A stretch of 64,000 nucleotides of DNA from Eledone cirrhosa. Its lineage: Eukaryota. The stretch is taken from positions 207,638,001-207,702,000 of the forward strand of contig OZ024743.1 of the NCBI GenBank assembly GCA_964016885.1. The letters run 5' to 3'. Numbering within the stretch: position 1 is the stretch's first letter; every line of letters starts with the position of its first letter. The position numbers and the translations under genes were made by a program. Positions 36,601 to 48,759 of this stretch are shown here, one piece after another. The notes beneath the pieces are model-generated. The model was given only the letters and a program-made list of their open reading frames with translations. It did not search any database and was not told the origin of the DNA.

Positions 36601-39040
36601 ATAGTGGTGAGAGTAAGGTGGTGGTGGTGGTGGTAGTTATAGTGGTGAGAGTATGGTGGTGGTGGTGGTGGTGGTGGTAGATATAGTGGTGAGAGTAAGG
36701 TGGTGGTGGTGGTGGTAGATATAGTGGTGAGAGTAAGGTGGTGGTGGTGGTGGTAGTTATAGTGGTGAGAGTAAGGTGGTGGTGGTAGATATAGTGGTGA
36801 GAGTATGGTGGTGGTGGTGGTAGATATAGTGGTGAGAGTAAGGTGGTGGTGGTAGATATAGTGGTGAGAGTATGGTGGTGGTGGTGGTAGATATAGTGGT
36901 GAGAGTAAGGTGGTGGTGGTGGTAGATATAGTGGTGAGAGTAAGGTGGTGGTGGTGGTGGTAGATATAGTGGTGAGAGTATGGTGGTGGTGGTAGATATA
37001 GTGGTGAGAGTAAGGTGGTGGTGGTAGATATAGTGGTGAGAGTAAGGTGGCGGTGGTGGTGGTAGATATAGTGGTGAGAGTATGGTGATGGTGGTAGATA
37101 TAGTGGTGAGAGTATGTTGGTGGTGGTGGTAGAAATAGTGGTGAGAGTATGTTGGTGGTGGTAGATATAGTGGTGAGAGTAAGGTGGTGGTGGTGGTAGA
37201 TATAGTGGTGAGAGTATGGTGGTGGTGGTGGTAGATATAGTGGTGAGAGTAAGGTGGTGGTGGTGGTAGATATAGTGGTGAGAGTATGGTGGTGGTGGTA
37301 GATATAGTGGTGAGAGTAAGGTGGTGGTGGTGGTAGATATAGTGGTGAGAGTATGTTGGTGGTGGTGGTAGATATAGTGGTGAGAGTATGGTGGTGGTGG
37401 TGGTAGATATAGTGGTGAGAGTAAGGTGGTGGTGGTGGTAGATATAGTGGTGAGAGTATGGTGGTGGTGGTGGTAGATATAGTGGTGAGAGTATGGTGGT
37501 GTTGGTGGTGGTAGATATAGTGGTGAGAGTAAGGTGGTGGTGGTGGTGGTGGATATAGTGGTGAGAGTATGGTGGTGTTGGTGGTGGTAGATATAGTGGT
37601 GTGTGTATGGTGGTGGTGGTGGTGGTGGTAGATATAGTGGTGAGAGTATGGTGGTGGTGGTGGTGGTAGATATAGTGGTGAGTGTATGGTGGTGGTGGTG
37701 GTGGTAGATATGGTGGTGGTGGTAGATATAGTGGTGAGAGTAAGGTGGTGGTGGTGGTGGTAGTTATAGTGGTGAGAGTATGGTGGTGGTGGTGGTGGTG
37801 GTGGTAGATATAGTGGTGAGAGTAAGGTGGTGGTGGTGGTGGTAGATATAGTGGTGAGAGTAAGGTGGTGGTGGTGGTGGTAGTTATAGTGGTGAGAGTA
37901 AGGTGGTGGTGGTGGTAGATATAGTGGTGAGAGTATGGTGGTGGTGGTGGTGGTTACATATAGTGGTGAGTGTATGGTGGTGGTGGTGGTAGATATAGTG
38001 GTGAGAGTATGGTGGTGGTGGTGGTAGATATAGTGGTGAGAGTATGGTGGTGGTGGTGGTAGATATAGTGGTGAGAGTATGGTGGTGGTGGTAGATATAG
38101 TGGTGAGAGTAAGGTGGTGGTGGTGGTAGATATAGTGGTGAGAGTATGGTGGTGGTAGATATAGTGGTGAGAGTATGGTGGTGGTGGTGGTAGATATAGT
38201 GGTGAGAGTATGGTGGTGGTGGTGGTAGATATAGTGGTGAGAGTATGGTGGTGGTAGATATAGTGGTGAGAGTATGGTGGTGGTGGTGGTAGATATAGTA
38301 GTGAGAGTATGGTGGTGGTGGTGGTAGATATAGTGGTGAGAGTATGGTGGTGGTAGATATAGTGGTGAGAGTATGGTGGTGGTGGTGGTAGATATAGTGG
38401 TGAGAGTAAGGTGGTGGTGGTGGTGGTAGATATAGTGGTGAGAGTATGGTGGTGGTGGTAGATATAGTGGTGAGAGTATGGTGGTGGTGGTGGTAGATAT
38501 AGTGGTGAGAGTAAGGTGGTGGTGGTGGTGGTAGATATAGTGGTGAGAGTATGGTGGTGGTGGTAGATATAGTGGTGAGAGTATGGTGGTGGTGGTGGTA
38601 GATATAGTGGTGAGAGTATGGTGGTGGTGGTAGATATAGTGGTGAGAGTAAGGTGGTGGTGGTGGTAGATATAGTGGTGAGAGTATGGTGGTGGTGGTGG
38701 TGGTAGATATAGTGGTGAGAGTATGTTGGTGGTGGTAGATATAGTGGTGAGAGTAAGGTGGTGGTGGTGGTAGATATAGTGGTGAGAGTATGGTGGTGGT
38801 GGTGGTAGATATAGTGGTGAGAGTATGGTGGTGGTGGTGGTAGATATAGTGGTGAGAGTAAGGTGGTGGTGGTAGATATAGTGGTGAGTGTATGGTGGTG
38901 GTGGTGTTAGATATAGTGGTGAGAGTATGGTGGTGGTGGTGGTAGATATAGTGGTGAGAGTAAGGTGGTGGTGGTGGTGGTAGATATAGTGGTGAGAGTA
39001 TGGTGGTGGTGGTAGATATAGTGGTGAGTGTATGGTGGTG
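33655..39040 (+). repeat. ~5.4-kb minisatellite, AGATATAGTGGTGAGAGTA(T/A) + (GGT)n
   Basis: 20-bp constant core plus a variable GGT run; bracketed by ~63-bp direct repeats at 33590-33652 and 39036-39098. Confidence 0.97.
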
Positions 39041-39374
39041 CCTTGATAGAAGTGAATAGCCAGAGGGAATGGGTCTTACATGTTTGACACTATAGAGTGG
39101 TGGGAGTATGGTGGGGGGATATAGTGGTGGGAGTATGGGGGGGAGATATAGTGATGAGACCATAGGGGTCAGTGAGGGAGGGAGGGTGTATGTAGCATTG
39201 AAATCAAACAAGTTTAGCTTTGTTGTGAAAATGATTGATTATTGGGAGAACTCTTACATATGGCTACTGTGATAAACCACTATGAGAGTGATGCTGAATG
39301 TAAAGATAAAGCTGTCTTCTTGCCAGCTTGAAGCTGTTTGACTAGTTAACCTACAAGGAATTTGAACCACATGA

Positions 39375-39548
39375 CAGCTTCCCTAGTGCTGGTGCCATGA
39401 TAAAATGCACTTGGTGCACTCTATAAGAATGCAGAAGCACAATAAAATGAGTCTGAAAGATTAGAAGCTCCTAATAAATACTGGTTTGGTCTGTGACAAC
39501 CCGTTTAACCTTTGCTAGCAGGGAAAATGGATGTTAAATGATGATAAT
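39375..39548 (+). mobile_element. Degenerate RTE-related SINE tail
   Basis: GCTGGTGCCATGATAAAATGCAC...GCTAGCAGGGAAAATGGATGTTAAATGATGAT. Confidence 0.65.
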
Positions 39549-39589
39549 ATTTGTCACCTTTTCTGCCTTAATTGGTTCCAGTAAAATGG

Positions 39590-39870
39590 CAAGGTGATGG
39601 TGTTAAACCAGGCAATTTGAGTCTAATATTACAATCATGTCGTGGGTTCAATTCCTGGGCTGGGTTGTGTGTTGTGTTCTTGAGCAAAACACTTCATTTC
39701 ACATCGCTCCAGTATACTCAGCTGAAAAAAAATGAGTACCAGTAATGGCTGGGGATTTAACCCTGTGAAGGACTGGTATCCTGTCCAGGGGAAGTCTTGT
39801 ACTCTCAGTCGCTTCATGCCACAGAAACCAGGATAAGCACCAGCCTGATGAATCTCCAGGTTTGGGTCAG
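39590..39870 (+). mobile_element. tRNA-derived CORE-type SINE
   Basis: B box GGTTCAATTCC at ~39645, then GTGTTCTTGAGCAAAACACTTCATTTCACATCGCTCCAG. Confidence 0.7.
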
Positions 39871-39974
39871 GCTTTAGACTTTTAGATTACTAAGTAGATT
39901 AAAGTGGGATTTGAACTCAATACTCAGTATAGGAGGTGCCAGAATGAACACTGCAAAGTATCTCATTTGATATT

Positions 39975-40105
39975 CTCATCATCAACATCCATTTTTCCAT
40001 GCTAGCATGGGTTAGATAAGTTGTCCCATTGTTATACAAATCAGATAAGATGAATGTGTCTTGTTCATACAGAACTGTTTCTGTCTTGGTCTCTACAGCT
40101 GAGGT
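39975..40105 (-). mobile_element. RTE-related SINE tail fragment
   Basis: CATCATCAACATCCATTTTTCCATGCTAGCATGGGTTAGA...CTACAGCTG, like 54815-55030 and 60117-60271. Confidence 0.7.
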
Positions 40106-40389
40106 TTGTATCGTCTGAGAGTTGATCGATGAAGATTCGAGCAAGTCTTCCTCTATTGCATCTCCCTTGAGCTGGTTCCCACACTAGTAGCTTATGTATA
40201 ACTTCCTGCTTACATGAGCAATTGTAGTTACCTTAGACAAGTTTCCATATGATTTTAAATTTGTAATACATTGATGCCAGTTTGTTTTTTCTGAGATATG
40301 TTGTAATGAAATATAACCTTTTAGAAAAGGCTACGTGAAGTTATTTTAGTGTGTTGTGAGAGTTTCTCTAAAGAGTTCTAGCCAAAATA

Positions 40390-40794
40390 GAGATGTGTAA
40401 AGAGTAAGGGTAAATATCCCCTTTGGTCATGAATGACCATGGGATTTTCACTTAGAAGGTCTCCCTTCCAAGGCACAAGTCCGAGCAAGGTGTGTTTGTG
40501 GAAGACCAACAGTCACCCATGTACACCAGTCTCCCCTCTCCATGCCACTGATGTTGTCCAATGGAAAGGCAAAGTCTGATACAGCTTGGCACAAGGGATG
40601 TCACAACTCCTATATACACTATATATATTATATATACAGTATATATAACTATATATATGATATTGACCAAGGAAAAAGCAAATGCCAATACAGCTTGACA
40701 CTAATGACGTCACAATTCATTTCTACAGCTGAGTGAACTGGATCAATGTGTAATAAAGTGTCTTGCTCAAGGATACAACACATCACCTGGTCCA
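40390..40794 (-). mobile_element. 5'-truncated CORE-type SINE flanked by ~95-bp direct repeats
   Basis: CAGCTGAGTGAACTGG...AAGTGTCTTGCTCAAGGA as in 58405-58540; flanking repeats at 40294-40389 and 40795-40888. Confidence 0.75.
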
Positions 40795-41142
40795 AGATAT
40801 GTTGTAATGAGATATAACATTTTAGAAAAGGCTACGTGAGGTTATTTTAGTGTTGTGAGAGTTTCTCTAAGGAGTTCTATTGAAAATATGATGATGATCA
40901 TCATCATCGTTTAACGTCCATCTTCCACGCTTTTAATATTTCCTTTCTCACAGTTCCCTAACATGGTGTCACAGAGTATCACCAGCAACACCAGTAGGGG
41001 GTCATCTCTACATTAGTCTCCATAGGTCTATTATATTAACAATAGTCATATTTAATTGAAAACTGATCAGGTGTGAATTATTTCATGTTTCTGATTGAAT
41101 ATCTCAAAACCAATAATTCTTTAGTAGTTAATATAATAACTA

Positions 41143-41470
41143 AGGCAGCAAATTGGCCGAGTTAGAATGTCAGAATGTTTTGTGGTATTTGTTCTGGCTG
41201 TCTGCTCTCTGAGTTCAACTGTGATCAACTATGATCAACTTTGCTTTTCATCCATTTTAGGTCAATAAAAAAAGTACCAGTCAAGTACTAGGGTTGATTC
41301 TTCTTCTATATCCCTTTCTCACTTCCTTTCTCTCACTCTCTTTCTCTGGAAGAAATCTACTATATTCAGACCTGGAGAGGGATGAGCTCCACAGGTTTAA
41401 TAATACCCTAGAAATATTGACTGTCAATAATGCACCCCTAAGACTCCCTCAGGAGTTACGGAACCATATC
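41143..41470 (+). mobile_element. tRNA-derived SINE (Meta-domain-like centre) with an alternative tail
   Basis: GAGTTCAA B box and CTTTGCTTTTCATCC...GGTCAATAAAAAAAGTACCAG; tail shared with 8897-9095. Confidence 0.7.
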
Positions 41471-42439
41471 ATACAACCATACCCTAATAGCTAAAGAAAT
41501 ACATGTAAGAACTGCTATAATGCTATGTTATCTACTTAGAAAGTAATAGTGAAGGTCTTTCTTTTTAATACCACCATGCTGTTTATTGTTAAACTCACCT
41601 ATCTATCTCTCTCTATCCTAAACCTGAAGAAACAGAAAGAGGGTACAGCACCCGCGCCCAACATCATCATGTACACTGAACACCCTATTATTGTGATGAG
41701 GTAGTGCTGTTACCATGACAAAAGCAACCACCCACCCTGTAAGCTGGTAGTGCCCAGCCCACCCTGTAAGGTGGTAATGCTGGTACCACTAAAAAAGCAC
41801 CCAGTAACCTCTCTACTTTCCTCTCTTTCTTTCTCTCATGTTCCCTGCTCTCTTTTCCTCTCTCTCACTTTTTCACTCTCTCTCTCTCACTTGTGTGTGT
41901 GTGTGTGTGTATGTGTGTGTGTGAACTCAACCCTCCTTATGACTCACAAACCAGGCTTATCTTATTTTTATGAATTTATTACAAACTGAGACAAGTTTTA
42001 GCTACTCACCCATTTCTTTATCTCAAGTTTATAACTTTAGCTACCCCCTCACTCTATCTCTGTCAAGTTTATATTTAAGCTACCCCCTCTCTCTCTCCCC
42101 CTTTCTCTATCTTATGTTTATAACTTCAAGTCATTCTATTCTCATAATTTTTATTCATTAAAGCATTTTATTCATTATTGTGAAATATGCAGTAAATGAC
42201 GATAAGTTTTTTAAAAGCTGGTACAATGTGGTAGAAAATACGAAAACAAAATAAAACAAAGTAATGTTTCACCCAGTGTATTATGGCATGATATTTCAGG
42301 GCTATTACCCTCTTTTCAGATATGAAGCTGAAATAATAGGGATTTAGTCAAATTATTAATTATTTCATTACTAAGATAGTAACTTAATGTAAGGTTCTTA
42401 TATAAAATTATGTTGGAAGATTTTAATTTAAATTGGAAA

Positions 42440-42770
42440 CCTTTAAAATGGTTGGTTTTATTTCATAGAACCAGAGCTGGTTTTGGCTGGGCTGGTAACT
42501 AAAGTATTAAAATGGGTGACTTTATTTTTATTTCACAGAACCAGAGCTGGTTTTGGCTGGGTTGGTAACTAAAGGGGTAAAATTGGTGCTTTTATTTCAT
42601 AGAACCAGATCTGGTTTTGGCCAGGCTGGTAACTAAAGGCTTAAAATGGGTGACTTTATTTCACAGAACTGGAGCTGATTTTGGCCAGGTTGGTAACTAA
42701 AGGGTTAAAATGGGTGGTTTTATTTCATAGAACCAGAGCTGGTTTGGCTGAGTTGGTATAAAGGGTTCAT
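42440..42770 (+). repeat. ~60-bp minisatellite, about 5 copies
   Basis: TTTATTTCATAGAACCAGAGCTGGTTTTGGCTGGGTTGGTAACTAAAGGGTTAAAATGGGTG repeated with divergence. Confidence 0.85.
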
Positions 42771-43204
42771 CAGCTATTTGCAACTATTTTGCAAATATGT
42801 GGCTCTGTGTCAGAAATTATTATTACTTCTAAGAAATTAATTATATATAAATCCTATTCATTGATCTAAAATGTCAATTATATTCCTCCAACTATTCGAG
42901 TGTTTCCTTATTAATAGGAAATATATATTTAGTAAGAATTGTGGATTATTATTGGCCCATAAAAACTTCTTATACAAATAAAAAGAACAGCACAAAACAC
43001 AAAACCACAAAAATACCTGCTATGATAATCTACACATTTTAAAGAATATCAATAATTAAAAAAAATACATATATGTATGTGTCCACACACACACATATAT
43101 ATATACACATTGAAAAATAAGCCAAACACTATATCACATTTTAATTTACATGTGTTTCATTCTTAATATTAGATCTCATCAGAATTACATAAGATATAGT
43201 CACC

Positions 43205-43413
43205 TTAACCCTTTAGCATTTACATTACTCTATATTTACTATCATATTTTCATGGTAAAGGCTTTATCTCACATAATATATATATATTATTAGGACAATG
43301 GGATTGATGTGTTAATATCTGTATACAACATAATTATCTCACAATATTGAATCTATGAGATTTGAACAGAAAGAGGTGAGAGAATATGGCTGGTTTAAAT
43401 GTTAAAGGGTTAA
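43205..43413. mobile_element. piggyBac-type MITE (TTAA)
   Basis: TTAA-CCCTTTAGCATTTA...TAAATGTTAAAGGG-TTAA; homologous to 9654-9868. Confidence 0.82.
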
Positions 43414-43923
43414 ACATGACAATATGTACAAAAATATAACATACTGGGGTGGTTTTGTTTACATTTAAAAAAAACTGCTGCATCATATTATGTAAATTCA
43501 TATTAGGATTTCATACTTTTCTAGAAAATTAAATATATTAGCAGAAAAACCACCCTTCGGGTGGTTTTCTGCTAGCATGTGTATAGTGTGTATATTGATA
43601 TTATACACAGGTATATATACATGTAGATATGATACATCAAATAAAATGGTAATTGACAATATATAATACATAGAAATTGAACGAAGACTGTGTTACACTG
43701 TCTTATTTAATCAGTAACGTAATCCATGATACATTAAAAAAGACGATATTATATATAAACCGCATTAGGAGAAAATTAGTGACAGAAAATTAAGCGATGG
43801 CTAGCCGGAAGTGTTGACATTTCAGAAATTTTAAAGAAGTGAATCTTTAAATAAACAAAATATATTTAATCAACAGCCACGAAATTTAGTAGATAAATTA
43901 TGTAATATTCATTCATTATTTAT

Positions 43924-43993
43924 TCGATAAAATAAAGTACCAGTAATGTACTGGGTAATTGCTGGCCTTGTGCCTAAAGTAGAAACAATTATT
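43924..43993 (+). mobile_element. SINE 3' fragment (similar pieces at 45157-45228, 54105-54185, 63800-63832)
   Basis: TCGATAAAATAAAGTACCAGTAATGTACTGGGTAATTGCTGGCCTTGTGCCTAAAGTAGAAACAATTATT equals the 3' end of the 48474-48660 family. Confidence 0.8.
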
Positions 43994-44139
43994 TATTCAA
44001 AGTAATCCAACTTATTTTACTAATGGGATAAAAAATTATAAACCGTACGCAGTCCCGCGCTCCTTACTTTATTATAGTTTAGATATATATATAAACTGAT
44101 ATAGGGTGGAGAGGACTCTTAAGTCCAGTAAGACAACCC

Positions 44140-44292
44140 TTCTTGTGCTGGTGCCATTAATAATGCACCCTGTCCATGCTGTAATGTGGTTGGTGATGGG
44201 AAGGGCATCCAGCCAGAAAAACTCTGCCAAAATATGATCTGTCCAACGCATGCAAACATAAACATGGACATAAAAATGCTGCTGCTGCTGAT
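44140..44292 (+). mobile_element. RTE-related SINE tail fragment
   Basis: GCTGGTGCCA...GGTTGGTGATGGGAAGGGCATCCAGC...TGGACATAAAAATGCTGCTG. Confidence 0.7.
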
Positions 44293-45952
44293 TATATATA
44301 TGTATATATATATATACATACACACACACACACACACACACACATTATCATTTGTTAATATGACAGTTGTTTACCATTAATATCAAAATATTCATGTAAG
44401 TATCTATGTCTATAGAAATGGTAAATATTATTCACTGTAGAAACAACCTTCTGCTAGGCATGAAGAATATTTTATTAATCTTCCATAATCCTTACAATTT
44501 CTTTATTTTTCATTTAGTTTTTCTGTATTTTTCTCTTCGTTATATCTCACATATGTCCCTCTATATTGAATAATTAACAACAGTATTTTCACTATTTTTT
44601 TGTTATAATAGTGTGTGTGTGTGTTCTGCTTTTATTTTTCAAATTTCTCTCCAATCAGGGCTGGACTTTCACCTGCTGAGGCCCTCCTAACCTATATGAA
44701 ATTTGAGGCTCTTCTCTAAAAAAATATAATTATTTTTTTATATTAAGGTTAATAATAAAGAATAAATAATATATATGTTTGATGATTTAGTGTTAAAGAA
44801 TAAAAACTAGTGATGAAATAGAAATATATTTTTTTAAATAGTCCTTTACAGGGGAGGTAGGACCACTGTAGTGTGTGAATCTGAGAGGGGAATATGTTTA
44901 ATAAAATCATAATTAACTGATCCTCCTGGTTTTTTTTTTTACACGAATCCAGGAACTAACAGCACCCCGTCGTATATATAAAGCTGCCATAAGAGATATG
45001 TAACTGAAACTTTGCTAACTATCAGAGTTGATAGTGTAGGTTGTAGAAAGTGGCATCAGAGCACATTCTGACCCAAGAGATGAGAAATGGGTGCAACCCA
45101 TAGACTAATTATCACATTTTATAGACCTTAGTTCAGCTTGCTGAAAAATATTATTATTGATAAAATAAAGTACCAGTGATGCACTGGGTAATTGCTGGCC
45201 TTGTGCCAAAAGTAGAAACAATTATTATTGGACAATGTGTTTGTTGGCTGGCTAGCACCTTCTACCTCCAAACAACCTGTAAGGATTTAGTAGAAAATGT
45301 CTAAAAACTAATTTGTTTATTCAAATGTTCATAGTATCTTTGTTTATAAATGTTGTGAAAGCTTGCAATATGAGAGTAAAGATTATAATTTTTAATGTGA
45401 TGCAGTCCTAATGCTCTTTTATACTTTTCAAGAATGTCTTGCTATTGTGGTTTTATGCAGTACAGATGATGAGTGTTTAAGAAGGTGACCAGCTGCAAAT
45501 AAATTGTATTTTAAGAATTTATACAAATATTAAAAAGAATGAACTATTTATATACAAACATGAAGAGATTGGACGTAAAAAAAACAACAAAAATTTGATT
45601 AAAAACTGATAATATTAATAATGATCATAATCTATATGATGATGGTAAAGAAAATATGAGAAAAAGTCTGTTGAATGGTTTTGTGATGCTTTTGTTGTGA
45701 ATCATCTGTTCTGAGTGAGAAGTTATATCTTGTGGAGAACAATTACTAACAATTAAATGGTTTTACAATATAGATTGTTCTGTGGTGGTTTGATTTATTG
45801 CACACACACACACACACACACTAATACTACACACTAGCAGGCTCAATACACTGACTCTACACGCTAGCAGGCTCTAAACACTTGCAGTATAAATACATAT
45901 TGATTTATTAAAAATTGTTTTATATTTAATCAATCTTGTTACTTCAACTTGT

Positions 45953-47790
45953 GCAGCCAGTTGTTAGGATGCTTCTGTAGATGTGCCACTGATACAGCCA
46001 GTCGTTAGGGTGCCTCTCTAGATGTGCCACTGATACAGCCAGTCATTAGGGTGCCTCTCTAGATGTGCCACTGATACAGCCAGTCATTAGGGTGCCTCTC
46101 TAGATGTGCCACTGATACAGCCAGTCGTTAGGGTGCCTCTCTAGATGTGCCACTGATACAGCCAGTCATTAGGGTGCCTCTCTAGATGTGCCACTGATAC
46201 AGCCAGTCGTTAGGGTGCCTCTAGATGTGCCACTGATACAGCCAGTCATTAGGGTGCCTCTCTAGATGTGCCACTGATACAGCCAGTCGTTAGGGTGCCT
46301 CTCTAGATGTGTCACTGATACAGCCAGTCGTTAGGGTGCCTCTCTAGATGTGCCACTGATACAGCCAGTCATTAGGGTGCCTCTCTAGATGTGCCACTGA
46401 TACAGCCAGTCGTTAGGGTGCCTCTCTAGATGTGCCACTGATACAGCCAGTCATTAGGGTGCCTCTCTAGATGTGCCACTGATACAGCCAGTCATTAGGG
46501 TGCCTCTCTAGATGTGCCACTGATACAGCCAGTCATTAGGGTACCTCTCTAGATGTGCCACTGATACAGCCAGTCATTAGGGTGCTTCTGTAGATGTGCC
46601 ACTGATACAGCCAGTCATTAGGGTGCTTCTGTAGATGTGCCACTGATCCAGCCAGTCATTAGGGTGCTTCTGTAGATGTGCCACTGATACAGCCAGTCAT
46701 TAGGGTGCCTCTCTAGATGTGCCACTGATACAGCCAGTCATTAGGGTGCCTCCCTAGATGTGCCACTGATACAGCCAGTCATTAGGGTGCCTCTCTAGAT
46801 GTGCCACTGATACAGCCAGTCATTAGGGTGCTTCTGTAGATGTGCCACTGATACAGCCAGTCATTAGGGTGCTTCTGTAGATGTGCCACTGATCCAGCCA
46901 GTCATTAGGGTGCTTCTGTAGATGTGCCACTGATACAGCCAGTCATTAGGGTGCCTCTCTAGATGTGCCACTGATACAGCCAGTCATTAGGGTACTTCTG
47001 TAGATGTGCCACTGATACAGCCAGTCATTAGGGTGCCTCTCTAGATGTGCCACTGATACAGCCAGTCATTAGGGTGCCTCTCTAGATGTGCCACTGATAC
47101 AGCCAATCGTTAGGGTGCCTCTCTAGATGTGCCACTGATACAGCCAGTCATTAGGGTGCCTCTCTAGATGTGCCACTGATACAGCCAGTCATTAGGGTGC
47201 CTCTCTAGATGTGCCACTGATACAGCCAGTCATTAGGGTGCTTCTGTAGATGTGCCACTGATACAGCCAGTCATTAGGGTGCCTCTCTAGATGTGTCACT
47301 GATACAGCCAGTCATTAGGGTGCCTCTCTAGATGTGCCACTGATACAGCCAGTCATTAGGGTGCCTCTCTAGATGTGCCACTGATACAGCCAGTCGTTAG
47401 GGTGCCTCTCTAGATGTGCCACTGATACAGCCAGTCATTAGGGTGCCTCTCTAGATGTGCCACTGATACAGCCAGTCATTAGGGTGCCTCTCTAGATGTG
47501 CCACTGATACAGCCAGTCATTAGGGTGCTTCTGTAGATGTGCCACTGATACAGCCAGTCATTAGGGTGCCTCTCTAGATGTGCCACTGATACAGCCAGTT
47601 GTTAGGGTGCCTCTCTAGATGTGCCACTGATACAGCCAGTCATTAGGGTGCCTCTCTAGATGTGCCACTGATACAGCCAGTCATTAGGGTGCCTCTCTAG
47701 ATGTGCCACTGATACAGCCAACCATTGGGGTGCCTCTCTAGATGTGCCACTGATACAGCCAGCCATTGGGGTGCCTTTCTAGATGTTTAG
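45953..47790 (+). repeat. 41-bp minisatellite (~44 copies)
   Basis: Unit GATGTGCCACTGATACAGCCAGTCATTAGGGTGCCTCTCTA. Confidence 0.97.
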
Positions 47791-47904
47791 TGATGGACAC
47801 ACATTCACAAATATATACAATAGTATTTATATATACAAATATATACAGTGGCTTGCTTATACACAAATATGTACAATAGTATTTATATACACAAATATAT
47901 ACAA

Positions 47905-48127
47905 TGCCCACACTGTAAAGTGGTCGTGTAGGTGCCACGGAAAACAAGCACCCAGCACTCACTGTAAATGAGGTTGGAGTTAGGAAGGGAATCCAGCTTT
48001 AGAAATCAAGCCAAAATCAGTTCCCGTATGAGCAAGACAAGGTCAGCCGACCGGACACTGCCAACAAAGGGGTCAGCCCGTCTAACCAATGCTAGCATGG
48101 AAGAACGGATGTAAATCGGTGATGATA
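47905..48127 (+). mobile_element. RTE-related SINE tail inserted into a ~29-bp AT-rich tandem repeat (47810-48275)
   Basis: CACACTGTAAAGTGGTCGTGTAGGTGCCACGG...TGCTAGCATGGAAGAACGGATGTAAATCGGTGATGAT; TATACAATAGTATTTATATACACAAATA units on both sides. Confidence 0.78.
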
Positions 48128-48473
48128 ATACAATAGTATTTATATACACAAATATATACAATAGTATTTATATACACAAATATATACAATAGTATTTATA
48201 TACACAAATATATACAGTGGCTTCCTTATACACAAATATCTACAATAGTATTTATATACACGAATATATACAGTAGTAGCCATTACATGTTGGTGTAAAA
48301 CTAAAACTCATACAAAATGTCATTAATGTAATACATTTATTAATTTCTAATTATCTTTCCACTCTTTTTCTTTTTAAAGAAATTTGTATCGTTGATAATA
48401 TCAATATTTTGATTATTTTCAGCTGTTTGTTGCATGTTTTCTAACATTTCACATCAACAGACAAAACAATAAT

Positions 48474-48660
48474 TGTTTCTACTTTTGGCACAAAGCCAGC
48501 AATTACCCAGTACATTACTGGTACTTTATTTTATCGACCCCGTAAGGATGAAAGACAAAGTTAACCTCGGCGGGATTTGAACTCAGAATGGCAAGGGCCG
48601 TAACTCTATGCGTCAAAGCATGGCGTCCGACCCTCTACCGATACTGCCAGTCCACCGCCA
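48474..48660 (-). mobile_element. Full-length tRNA-derived SINE (Meta-domain-like) with 18-bp TSD
   Basis: Minus strand GGCGGTGGACTGGCAGTATCGGTAG (A box)...GAGTTCAAATCC (B box)...TTTCATCCTTACGGGGTCGATAAAATAAAGTACCAG; TSD AACAGACAAAACAATAAT at 48456-48473 and 48663-48680. Confidence 0.9.
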
Positions 48661-48759
48661 TTAACAGACAAAACAATAATAAAATGATATAAAATAACAA
48701 GAAAGAAAACCACAGACTTAACAATACAGTAAAGTCAGCTTTATATGTTGTAGAACTTA

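Noticed and set aside
33655-39040. Interstitial telomeric repeat
   Set aside because: G-rich, but contains no TTAGGG or TTAGG arrays.
33644-39211. 1855-aa extensin-like Pro/His/Thr ORF
   Set aside because: Unit length is 20+3n, so the translation cycles through all three frames; TTG start; antisense within an intron.
43539-43575. Rho-independent terminator
   Set aside because: Eukaryotic intron with no bacterial gene context.
48474-48660. tRNA gene (also 53209-53300 and 58470-58540)
   Set aside because: A/B boxes are present, but spacing, tails and TSDs show these are SINE heads; no cloverleaf.
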